Assembly (NCBI GenBank): GCA_963664225.1
Contig: OY760937.1
Coordinates: forward strand, 3,936,001-4,000,000
Reading direction: 5' to 3'
Origin: Verrucomicrobiia bacterium
Lineage (GTDB): Bacteria; Verrucomicrobiota; Verrucomicrobiia; Limisphaerales; UBA1319
Length of the DNA: 64,000 nt
This document shows, piece after piece, positions 22,919-30,852 of the stretch (positions are counted from its first letter, which is position 1; the number at the start of each line of letters is the position of its first letter). A model generated the notes under the pieces. That model was not told where the DNA came from. It ran no database searches and saw only the letters and a program-made list of their open reading frames with translations. The position numbers and the translations under genes were made by a program.

Positions 22919-23527
22919 ATGGCTCGTTATACAGGACCCCGCGTACGCATCAGCCGCCGTTTCGGCGTGCCAATTTTTGGGCCTTCGAAGTATCTGGATC
23001 GCCGCAATTACGGCCCCGGAGTGCATGGCCCCAAGTCCCGCCGCAAGACCAGCGAATACGGTTTGGGATTGGCCGAGAAGCAAAAGCTTCGTTACTACTA
23101 CGGATTGATGGAACGTCAATTCCGCAATGTCTATGAGAAGGCGAAACGCCGTCGCGGCGTCACCGGCGAAACGATGTTGCAGATTCTTGAGACCCGTCTG
23201 GACAGCATGGTTTATCATCTGGGATTCGGCACGACACGTGCGGCGGCCCGGCAGATGATTTCTCATGGGCACGTGAATGTGAACGGGCGCAAGGTAAGCA
23301 TTCCCTCCTATGCGACGCGTGTTAATGACGTGATCGAGGTCAGGAACAACACGGTGGCCCGGCAACTGGCTTCCAAGAACATGGAATCTTCCACAAGCCG
23401 GACGGTTCCTGACTGGGTGATGCTCAACAAGGAAGGCTTCAAGGGGAGCTTGATGCGTATTCCCGTGCGGGCGGATTTGCAGCCGATCGCCAATGAGCAG
23501 GCCGTGGTTGAGTTTTATTCCCGCTAA
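22919..23527 (+). CDS. rpsD: 30S ribosomal protein S4
   Basis: MARYTGP, LETRLD, VVEFYSR. Confidence 0.99.
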   Translation: MARYTGPRVRISRRFGVPIFGPSKYLDRRNYGPGVHGPKSRRKTSEYGLGLAEKQKLRYYYGLMERQFRNVYEKAKRRRGVTGETMLQILETRLDSMVYHLGFGTTRAAARQMISHGHVNVNGRKVSIPSYATRVNDVIEVRNNTVARQLASKNMESSTSRTVPDWVMLNKEGFKGSLMRIPVRADLQPIANEQAVVEFYSR

Positions 23528-23633
23528 TCAAACCGGTCCCCGATAAACGGGGGCCAATGGACAAGTATAAGGGCGCTGGGGAACTGCGGGAAAGGTTTCC
23601 GGGCGCCAGTTTAAAATTGTCTGGAAGGAATTT

Positions 23634-24650
23634 ATGCCAGTACGTTTAGGTCGATTTGAAATGCCGAAGCGGTTGGTCAAGGATGAGACCACCGCGACGC
23701 CTACTTATGCCAAGTGGTTTGCCGAACCCTTTGAAACGGGTTACGGACACACGGTTGGCAATTCGTTGAGGCGTGTGCTTTTGTCCTCCCTCGAAGGGGC
23801 CGCCATTACTTCTGTGAAGATGGATGGGGCGATGCACGAATTCGCCGCAGTGGATGGAGTGGTGGAGGATGTGACGGATATTGTGTTGAATCTCAAGAAG
23901 ATTCTGCTTAAGTCCGCAAACCGCGAACCGCAGATGGTGATGGTTTCGGTGAATAAGGAAGGTCCGGTTCTGGCTGAGGATATCAAGCTCAACCAGGGCA
24001 TGGAGATCGTCAATCCCAAGCAATTGATTTGCACTCTGGATCGGAAGAAGAAGTTCGAGATGGAGTTCGAGGTCAAGGTGGGCCGCGGGTTCTGCCCCGG
24101 TGAGGAGAATAAGAAGCCCGATCAGGCCATTGGCTTGATCGCGATCGATTCCCTCTTTTCTCCCGTGACGCGCGTTCGTTACAATGTGGAGAGCGCCCGC
24201 GTGGGTCAGCGCACCGATTATGATCGGTTGATTTTGGAAGTGTGGACGGATGGGCGCATCGGGCCCGAGGATGCTTTGGTGCAGGCCTCGGCGATTTTGC
24301 AGCATCATCTGGATGTTTTTGTGGGCTACGACAAGAACGCGGTCGAGTTCGAGGAAGTCGTTGAGAAGCAGGATGACGAGCAGGCGAAGATGAAGAAGCT
24401 GCTTAACATGAGCGTCAACGAGATTGAATTGAGCGTTCGCGCCGCGAATTGTCTCAACAATGCCAATATCACGACCGTGGGCCAGCTTGCGATGAAGAGC
24501 GAGGGCGAGATGCTCAAGTATCGCAATTTTGGAAAGAAGTCTTTGAATGAAATCAAGGATAAATTAACGGCCCTGGGATTGTCCCTGGGCATGAAATTCG
24601 ATCCCGCACTGTTGGAATCGCCCAAAGAAGAGAATAAACTCCTGAACTAA
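23634..24650 (+). CDS. rpoA: RNA polymerase alpha subunit
   Basis: GNSLRRVLLSS, ELSVRAANCL, NFGKKSL. Confidence 0.99.
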   Translation: MPVRLGRFEMPKRLVKDETTATPTYAKWFAEPFETGYGHTVGNSLRRVLLSSLEGAAITSVKMDGAMHEFAAVDGVVEDVTDIVLNLKKILLKSANREPQMVMVSVNKEGPVLAEDIKLNQGMEIVNPKQLICTLDRKKKFEMEFEVKVGRGFCPGEENKKPDQAIGLIAIDSLFSPVTRVRYNVESARVGQRTDYDRLILEVWTDGRIGPEDALVQASAILQHHLDVFVGYDKNAVEFEEVVEKQDDEQAKMKKLLNMSVNEIELSVRAANCLNNANITTVGQLAMKSEGEMLKYRNFGKKSLNEIKDKLTALGLSLGMKFDPALLESPKEENKLLN

Positions 24651-24661
24651 ATTTCACTTGT

Positions 24662-25126
24662 ATGCGTCATCTTAAAAGAACCGCCAAATTAGGGCGGACC
24701 GGCTCGCATCGTAATGCCATGCTGGCCAATATGGTTTGCAGTCTCATCAAGGAACGCCGGATCACGACCACGCTGCCCAAGGCTCGCGCGGCGCGTTCGG
24801 TGGCCGAGAAGATGGTCACTTTGGGCAAGAGCGGGACGATTCATGATCGTCGTCTTGCTGCTGCGCGCCTCCATCAGGAGGATGCGGTTACGATCTTGTT
24901 TAACGAGATCGCGCCTTCTCAAAAAGAGCGAAAGGGCGGCTACACACGCATCATCAAGATGCACCAACGCCAGGGCGACGCCGCTCAGTTGGCGATTTTG
25001 GAGTGGGTCGATGCGCCTGCGCGCGGTTCTGTCAGCAAGACAGAGGCTGCCGCTCCCACGACGACTGCTCCTGCCGTGGATGCGAAGCCTGCTGAAGCCA
25101 GCAAGCCTGCCGAAGACAAGAAGTAA
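24662..25126 (+). CDS. rplQ: 50S ribosomal protein L17 with Ala/Pro/Lys tail
   Basis: MRH..KLGR, GGYTRIIK. Confidence 0.99.
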   Translation: MRHLKRTAKLGRTGSHRNAMLANMVCSLIKERRITTTLPKARAARSVAEKMVTLGKSGTIHDRRLAAARLHQEDAVTILFNEIAPSQKERKGGYTRIIKMHQRQGDAAQLAILEWVDAPARGSVSKTEAAAPTTTAPAVDAKPAEASKPAEDKK

Positions 25127-25153
25127 TCCGGCGTAGGTAGTATTTTTTCAAGC

Positions 25154-25188
25154 AAGGGTCCGTTTCTTAAGTGAGACGGGCCCTTTTG
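25154..25188 (+). terminator. Intrinsic terminator ending the alpha operon
   Basis: AAGGGTCCGTTTC / GAGACGGGCCCTT stem then TTTT. Confidence 0.75.
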
Positions 25189-25429
25189 CTGTACGCCATG
25201 GATGGATGGGTGGGGCGGGACCAGGCATATCGATTTACGGTCCCGGGCGGTGAATTTGATTCCAGGTGTATTGCGGCGGGGATTCCGAGGGTGCGATGAC
25301 CCCGGGATGCCCCGGGCGGGCAACCGGTTACGGATTGTCCGGTTTGTGATCGAATGGCTTCAGGTCTCCAGTTTTTGAATGGAGACTTCGATGGGGGACT
25401 TCAGGCCGTTCGGATTATTTGGCAACCAA

Positions 25430-26767
25430 TTAATCTTCGGGCAGGGGTTTGTCTTTGGTTTCCGGGGCCCAATAGAGGGCGACAATGCCCAGAACGAAAA
25501 CGGCGGAGAGAATGGTGGCCGATTTGCGGAACGGTTCAGCGATGCCGTGGCTGAGCAATGCGCTGTTCAAATACATGAGCATGGGAGGGAATGCCGCTGC
25601 GAGGTAGCGAACGGTGTTGTAGCAGAAACCAACTCCAGTGCCGCGCAGGCGGGTTGGGAAAAGTTCTGGAAAATAGATTGAGTAACCGCCAAAGACGCTG
25701 AGTTGGGCGAAACCCATCATGGGGAGCATCCAGTAGGCATCGGTGCCGGTGCGCAGGTTGTTGAATACAAAAATGGTGGTGAACAGGCACAGGATGAATG
25801 CGCCCAGAAACGCCAGGCGGCGTCCGTAGTATGTGGCGACAAATGTGAATGCCATCATTCCCAAAAAGGAGCCGGTATCCTGGAGGGCGGTTCCGTATCC
25901 GCGCACGGTGTCAATGACATGCTGGGGTTCCCCCTTGAGAGCGGTGGAGATGAGTTCCGGGGAGAAGAAGCCGATGCCCCAGAGGCCCGCCATTCCCGCC
26001 AGACCAAGGCAAACGCCAACGATAAGGTTCCGGCGCCAGACGGGATGGCGCAGCAATGCGGGAATGGAGCCCACACTTTCCGTTCCGGGAGATTCCTTTG
26101 CCTTGCGGCGGGCTTGTTTCCAAGGTTCAGGCTCGCGCAGCATGGACATGATGGGGACCACGAGGAGGGCGGGAAGCACGCCGACAAAAAAGAGGATGCG
26201 CCAGCCTGACAGGCCGAAGAGAAAATCGGCCTGTCCGGGCTTGATCTGGGTGCTCATGAGAGAGCCGATAATATTGCCGCAGGCCGATAATGCCTGGAGC
26301 GATCCCAAGGCAAGCGCCCGGAAATGACTTGGAACACTCTCCGCCACCAGGGTGGTCGCAGCGCCAAACATTCCCCCGACACCCAGGCCAACCAAAAAAC
26401 GGTAAATCAGGAATTGTTCAGGAGTCTGGGCCATGCCGGAAAGTCCCGTAAATCCTGAATAAATGAGAAGCGTGACGGCCATGGTTTTCACACGACCGAG
26501 GCGATCACTCATGATGCCGAAGATAATACCGCCAGTGGCCCAACCGAACATCATGGAAGCCGTGGCCCAGCCACTCCAATCTTTGATGAGGGCATCGGTC
26601 ACGCCGGAGCCGATGATTTCGCGCAAGGCTGGTTCACGCGAAAGGGCGAAGAGCCTCTGGTCCATGCAATCGAATAGCCATCCGCACGAGGCAATGATGA
26701 CGACCATCCAGTGATAAATGGTGATGTGCTCGCGCGCCAGCGGGGAGGGTTTGGTTAGTGTGGCCAT
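25430..26767 (-). CDS. MFS transporter
   Basis: Motif A GIMSDRLGR, PELFPTRLRGTG, about 12 hydrophobic segments. Confidence 0.92.
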   Translation of the reverse strand: MATLTKPSPLAREHITIYHWMVVIIASCGWLFDCMDQRLFALSREPALREIIGSGVTDALIKDWSGWATASMMFGWATGGIIFGIMSDRLGRVKTMAVTLLIYSGFTGLSGMAQTPEQFLIYRFLVGLGVGGMFGAATTLVAESVPSHFRALALGSLQALSACGNIIGSLMSTQIKPGQADFLFGLSGWRILFFVGVLPALLVVPIMSMLREPEPWKQARRKAKESPGTESVGSIPALLRHPVWRRNLIVGVCLGLAGMAGLWGIGFFSPELISTALKGEPQHVIDTVRGYGTALQDTGSFLGMMAFTFVATYYGRRLAFLGAFILCLFTTIFVFNNLRTGTDAYWMLPMMGFAQLSVFGGYSIYFPELFPTRLRGTGVGFCYNTVRYLAAAFPPMLMYLNSALLSHGIAEPFRKSATILSAVFVLGIVALYWAPETKDKPLPED

Positions 26768-26957
26768 GTCACACCTGCGGCAGACTGGTTATAAGCAAGG
26801 ATTGAATCATGAAAGCTAGATTTGGTCTGGCATGGCAGCGAGTCAAGCGCGAAGGTCTTAAAAAACGGAGAAAAAGCCAAAGAAGTTGGCCTGGAAGGGC
26901 TGGATCAAGGAGATCGAAGGGTTGACAGGGCGGTCAGGCGCGATTTAGTTAACGGGA

Positions 26958-27374
26958 ATGGAACTTATTTACCCGCGCAGTCCGCGCGAAACCATGTCGG
27001 GCTGGGTCTTTTTACCCCGCTTTGTCGATAAAATCCGTTTACATCTCGCGGGGAAATTGCATCCCGACTATCAGGAGAATTTTACCAAAGGCTTTGACGG
27101 CGTGTGGCTGGAAGCTGCCGGCGTAAAGGCTGCTGATTTCATTGAGGTGGTGCGGGGGACGGTGATTGACGGGCAGGTGGCGGACTGGGTGGCGAAGAAT
27201 GTGAAGCGGACGGAGGAGCAGAAGGCGGCGCACCGTGAAAGAGTGCTCAATCACGGACGACAGGCGGAGTTACAGGCGCGTTTGAAGATGCGCAAGGAGC
27301 AATCCGGCATGACGCATCGGGACGATATCCAGACTTTTGTGGATTACATCGACGCGGACGAGAAAAGGATTTGA
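26958..27374 (+). CDS. DUF5069-like protein
   Basis: N-terminal PRSPRE...LPRFVDK and C-terminal DYIDADE pattern as recalled for this family. Confidence 0.7.
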   Translation: MELIYPRSPRETMSGWVFLPRFVDKIRLHLAGKLHPDYQENFTKGFDGVWLEAAGVKAADFIEVVRGTVIDGQVADWVAKNVKRTEEQKAAHRERVLNHGRQAELQARLKMRKEQSGMTHRDDIQTFVDYIDADEKRI

Positions 27375-27395
27375 TGGAGCGGACGGGATTTTGAA

Positions 27396-27422
27396 AACGC
27401 TGCGGGTATTGCCCGCAGCGTT
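27396..27422. terminator. Hairpin between convergent genes
   Basis: AACGCTGCGGG...CCCGCAGCGTT perfect inverted repeat; T-run on minus strand. Confidence 0.65.
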
Positions 27423-27443
27423 GAAATATCGCGGAAGCGGAGC

Positions 27444-27971
27444 TTACTTGGTGTCGAGGTAGCTAGTGACAAATTTCTGATAGCGCGCGGTGTTTTCCGG
27501 CATGAAATCGCGCTCTATGGCGCCGTTGGCCCCGATGATTTTCACTTTAACGGTGCGCGCAGTGGCGAGGGCGCGGATGTCGGAAGCAGAGGCCTTGTAG
27601 GTGGCGTCCTCGACGAGTTTGCCGCTGGTGGTTTTGCGGGTGTAACCGCTGCCCACACCGCTGTAACGGCGCTCCTGGCCGTCGATATTCAGGGCGAGGG
27701 TTTCACCGGGCTGGATATTGAGCCAGGCGCCGACGGACTCGTAGTGGACTTCGAGGTAATAGAGGACGGTGCCGTTGCCCTTGGAGATGCGGGAGGCGTT
27801 GAGCCAGACCTGAGTGCCGGGATTGGAGGCCAGGTCCAACCGGTTATCTGTGATCAACTCGTAATTATCCCCGTTGATGTCGTCACGATAGGAATAGAGA
27901 CCGGGTTTGTTGGTTTCGCAACCGACCCACAGGCTCGCCATCAGCAAGAATGCGAATAATTTAATTTTCAC
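27444..27971 (-). CDS. Putative lipoprotein, unknown function (GTG 27971)
   Basis: KIKLFAFLLMASLWVG-C signal peptide with lipobox-like Cys. Confidence 0.7.
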   Translation of the reverse strand: MKIKLFAFLLMASLWVGCETNKPGLYSYRDDINGDNYELITDNRLDLASNPGTQVWLNASRISKGNGTVLYYLEVHYESVGAWLNIQPGETLALNIDGQERRYSGVGSGYTRKTTSGKLVEDATYKASASDIRALATARTVKVKIIGANGAIERDFMPENTARYQKFVTSYLDTK

Positions 27972-28147
27972 GAAGTTTCCTTTTTCTAATCGACCACTGT
28001 CATGGATGAATTTCATGCTTACTTTAACAGACCGCAACGGCTTGAAAACAAAAAGTTTTATTTCAGGCGAGCGAGAAGTCTGGAAGCAGGAAGTGTAAGA
28101 AACTTGTCAGTTATCATCATGTGTACATCTTAATGCCCATGCGGCGA

Positions 28148-28285
28148 ATGTCATCACAACAAGATCGGGTGCTGGCGCTGGTACGGAAGAGGATGGTCCT
28201 GCGATTGAAGGATGTCATTACGCATGGGCCGCACCCTGAGAGCCTTCGGAGGCTGTATCAAAAGGGTAAACTTGCGCGATGTTAG
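28148..28285 (+). pseudogene. Truncated AbiEi-like (type IV TA antitoxin) N-terminal fragment, 45 aa
   Basis: Hand translation MSSQQDRVLALVRKRMVLRLKDVITHGPHPESLRRLYQKGKLARC* resembles the AbiEi wHTH, stopping before the expected RGLY segment. Confidence 0.55.
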
Positions 28286-28320
28286 CGATTGGTTGAATCT
28301 TTGTTCGTTCGATTCGGAAC

Positions 28321-28650
28321 ATGGTTATGAAAGACCCCTTATTCTGGCTGATGCTTTTGTGGATTCCGGTGGTGTTGGTTTTGCTCGTTCCGTTGGTGAT
28401 CATTCCCCGGATACGGATGGAGCGGCGCGCGAAAGGTTTGCTGGCCGAGATGCCACAACATGAGCGAAAGACGGTTTACCTGGCCTTTTCCTCAGGGTGG
28501 TACCGCGGTAAGGGAAAAGAAATGGCGACCAGGATTGCGGAGGAGGAAAATGGCGGCTGGATATTTTTGAAGGCGAGCGAGGCGAATCCACTCAAGACCC
28601 TCTTCGCATGGGGCGGTGGAATCAATCTGGAGTTCATACGAAAATGTTGA
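28321..28650 (+). CDS. Hypothetical membrane-anchored protein
   Basis: N-terminal TM helix followed by small soluble domain. Confidence 0.65.
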   Translation: MVMKDPLFWLMLLWIPVVLVLLVPLVIIPRIRMERRAKGLLAEMPQHERKTVYLAFSSGWYRGKGKEMATRIAEEENGGWIFLKASEANPLKTLFAWGGGINLEFIRKC

Positions 28651-28779
28651 TGGATATGGGTTGGGCTGATATGAGGCCTTGCCGTTGGCGCTCCAGAATG
28701 GCCAATTCCTAGGCGTCATAAAACAGGAAATGCGTGTGGCTATAGCAGGAAATGTGAAAGCCGTCCTGAATCAGCTGCA

Positions 28780-29583
28780 TCAGCGGCCGAGCAGTTCAGC
28801 GACTTTGGAGCGGAGGTCGGATTGGCGCATGAGGGATTCGCCGACGAGGATGGCGTTTGCGCCGCAGGCGATCAGGCGTTGAACATCGGTGCGGGTGTGA
28901 ATGCCGCTTTCGGCGACAAGCAGTTTTTCGGCGCCATGATCGGAGGCGCGCAACAGGGTGGCCAACTTTTCGGTGGTGGCCAGGTCCACGTCAAAGGTTT
29001 TGAGGTTGCGGTTGTTCACGCCGATGAGTTCCGCGCCAGAGGCCATGGCGCGTTTGAGTTCATTCTCGTCATGCACCTCGACCAGGACGGACAGTCCGGC
29101 CGCGCGGGCCAGGTTGTGGTATTCGCGCAGTTGACGGTCATCAAGGATGGCGACAATCAGGAGGATGGCGTCCGCACCCCATTCGATGGCTTGTAGAATC
29201 TGGCGCGGGTCGATGATGAAATCCTTGCGCAGGAGGGGGAGGTTCACCGCCTGGCGGATGTCGCGCAGGAAGGCAAGGGAACCCTGGAAGAATATTTCAT
29301 CCGTGAGAACGGACAGGCAATGCGCCCCGCTTTGGGCATATTCGCGGGCGATTTGAACGGGATCGAAATCGGGCCGGATCACGCCTTTGGAGGGCGAGGC
29401 TTTTTTGACCTCTGCAATGAGGCCGACGGAGCCTTGGGATGCGCAACGCAAAGCACCGCTAAAATCCCGCACGCCGCCGCGGGCCTTGATGGCGGCCGCA
29501 AGACGCTCTGGAGTGGGGACGTCGCATTGGAGCGTGGCGACTTCAATGCGCTTTTGGGCGACAATGGTTTCCAGTATGTCCAT
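28780..29583 (-). CDS. trpC: Indole-3-glycerol phosphate synthase
   Basis: IAEVKKASPSKG, LSVLTD, LRKDFI, GVNNRNL, VAESGI. Confidence 0.98.
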   Translation of the reverse strand: MDILETIVAQKRIEVATLQCDVPTPERLAAAIKARGGVRDFSGALRCASQGSVGLIAEVKKASPSKGVIRPDFDPVQIAREYAQSGAHCLSVLTDEIFFQGSLAFLRDIRQAVNLPLLRKDFIIDPRQILQAIEWGADAILLIVAILDDRQLREYHNLARAAGLSVLVEVHDENELKRAMASGAELIGVNNRNLKTFDVDLATTEKLATLLRASDHGAEKLLVAESGIHTRTDVQRLIACGANAILVGESLMRQSDLRSKVAELLGR

Positions 29584-29624
29584 GTTGGCAATGGCTTTAT
29601 TTTATGGGCCTTGGAACCTGCTCA

Positions 29625-30768
29625 TTAATCCTCCGCATCCCGGACACCGGCGAGGCGCTTGATGGGGCATCCGGCCCGCAGCCAGCCGCTGACAAAGGGA
29701 TCCAGGGCTCCGTCCATGACCCCCTGCACATCGCTGGTTTCCACGCCTGTGCGCAAGTCCTTGACCATGCGGTAGGGTTGGAACACATAGCTGCGGATCT
29801 GGTTGCCCCAGGAGATACTGCCTTTATCGCCGTAGAATTTCTCCATTTCCGCGCGTTCCTGGTCCAGGCGCAAGGCGTAGATTCTGGAGAGCAGGATTTT
29901 CATCGCGGTGGCACGATTCTGGTGCTGCGATCTCTGCGTCTGGCTGGCGACAACCAGGCCGGTGGGAATGTGTTTGATGCGGACGGCGGTTTCCACCTTA
30001 TTGACGTTCTGCCCGCCTTTGCCGCCGGAGCGGAAGGTGTCAGTCTCAAATTCCGTGGGCGGAATATCGGTTTGCTCGGTCTCGGCGATTTCGGCGATGA
30101 CGTCCACGCTGGTGAAGCTGGTGTGGCGGCGTTTGTTGGAGTCAAAGGGGGAAATGCGCACCAGGCGGTGAACGCCGCGTTCGGCTTTGGTGAAACCGTA
30201 GGCGTTTTCGCCTGTGATCAAGGCCGTGACACTTTTGATGCCGGCGACTTCACCGGGGAGGGCGTCCGTGACCTCAAACTGCCAGCCGCGCGATTCCGCC
30301 CAACGCTGATACATGCGCAGGAGCATGCCGGTCCAATCACAGGACTCCGTGCCGCCCGCGCCCGCGTTTATGCTGATGATGCAGTTATTCGCGTCATGGG
30401 GACCGGAAAGCAGAACCTTGAGCTCCATGCTCTCCAGCTCGTCACGAAAACGGACCAGCTCGGCCTCGAGTTCCTTCTCCAATTTGGTCTGCGCGGCGGG
30501 CGGTTCGGACTCGCCCAGTTCCACCATTTCCTTGATGTCCTGGTGTTGCTTTTCGGCTTTGAGCAGGGGATCGATTCGTTTTCGAAGCACGGAGGCTTCA
30601 TCGATCAATTTCTGGGCCTGTTCGCGGTTGTTCCAGAAAGCTTCGGACGCCATGAGGGCATCCAGCTCGGCCATGCGTTTTTGCGCGGTTGGGACGTCAA
30701 AGAAACCTCCGCAAATGGGTGAGTTTCTCGGCGGACTGGCGCAACTGGTCGTTTATGACTTCAAACAT
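29625..30768 (-). CDS. prfB: Peptide chain release factor 2, programmed +1 frameshift after codon 23
   Basis: SPF and GGQ motifs; upstream frame MFEVINDQLRQSAEKLTHLRRFL ends at CTT-TGA-C (30702-30696). Confidence 0.98.
30696..30710 (-). promoter_or_regulatory. prfB frameshift cassette (internal SD GGAGG + CTTTGAC)
   Basis: Minus strand reads GGAGGTTTCTTTGAC. Confidence 0.95.
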
Positions 30769-30780
30769 AGCCAGACTAAT

Positions 30781-30806
30781 GTAGGGGCAATCCCGTGGGC
30801 TTGCCC
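30781..30806 (+). repeat. GTAG-type REP-like palindrome
   Basis: GTAG followed by GGGCAA...TTGCCC. Confidence 0.45.
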
Positions 30807-30852
30807 AGTCGATTTTTAGGGAATCCGGCCATCGGCTACGGCGCGGCGTTTG

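Noticed and set aside
23530..23610. Two hairpins between rpsD and rpoA as a riboregulator
   Set aside because: No T-tract or recognisable family; insufficient support.
29625..30674. prfB as a truncated gene or pseudogene
   Set aside because: Completed by the canonical programmed frameshift from ATG 30768.
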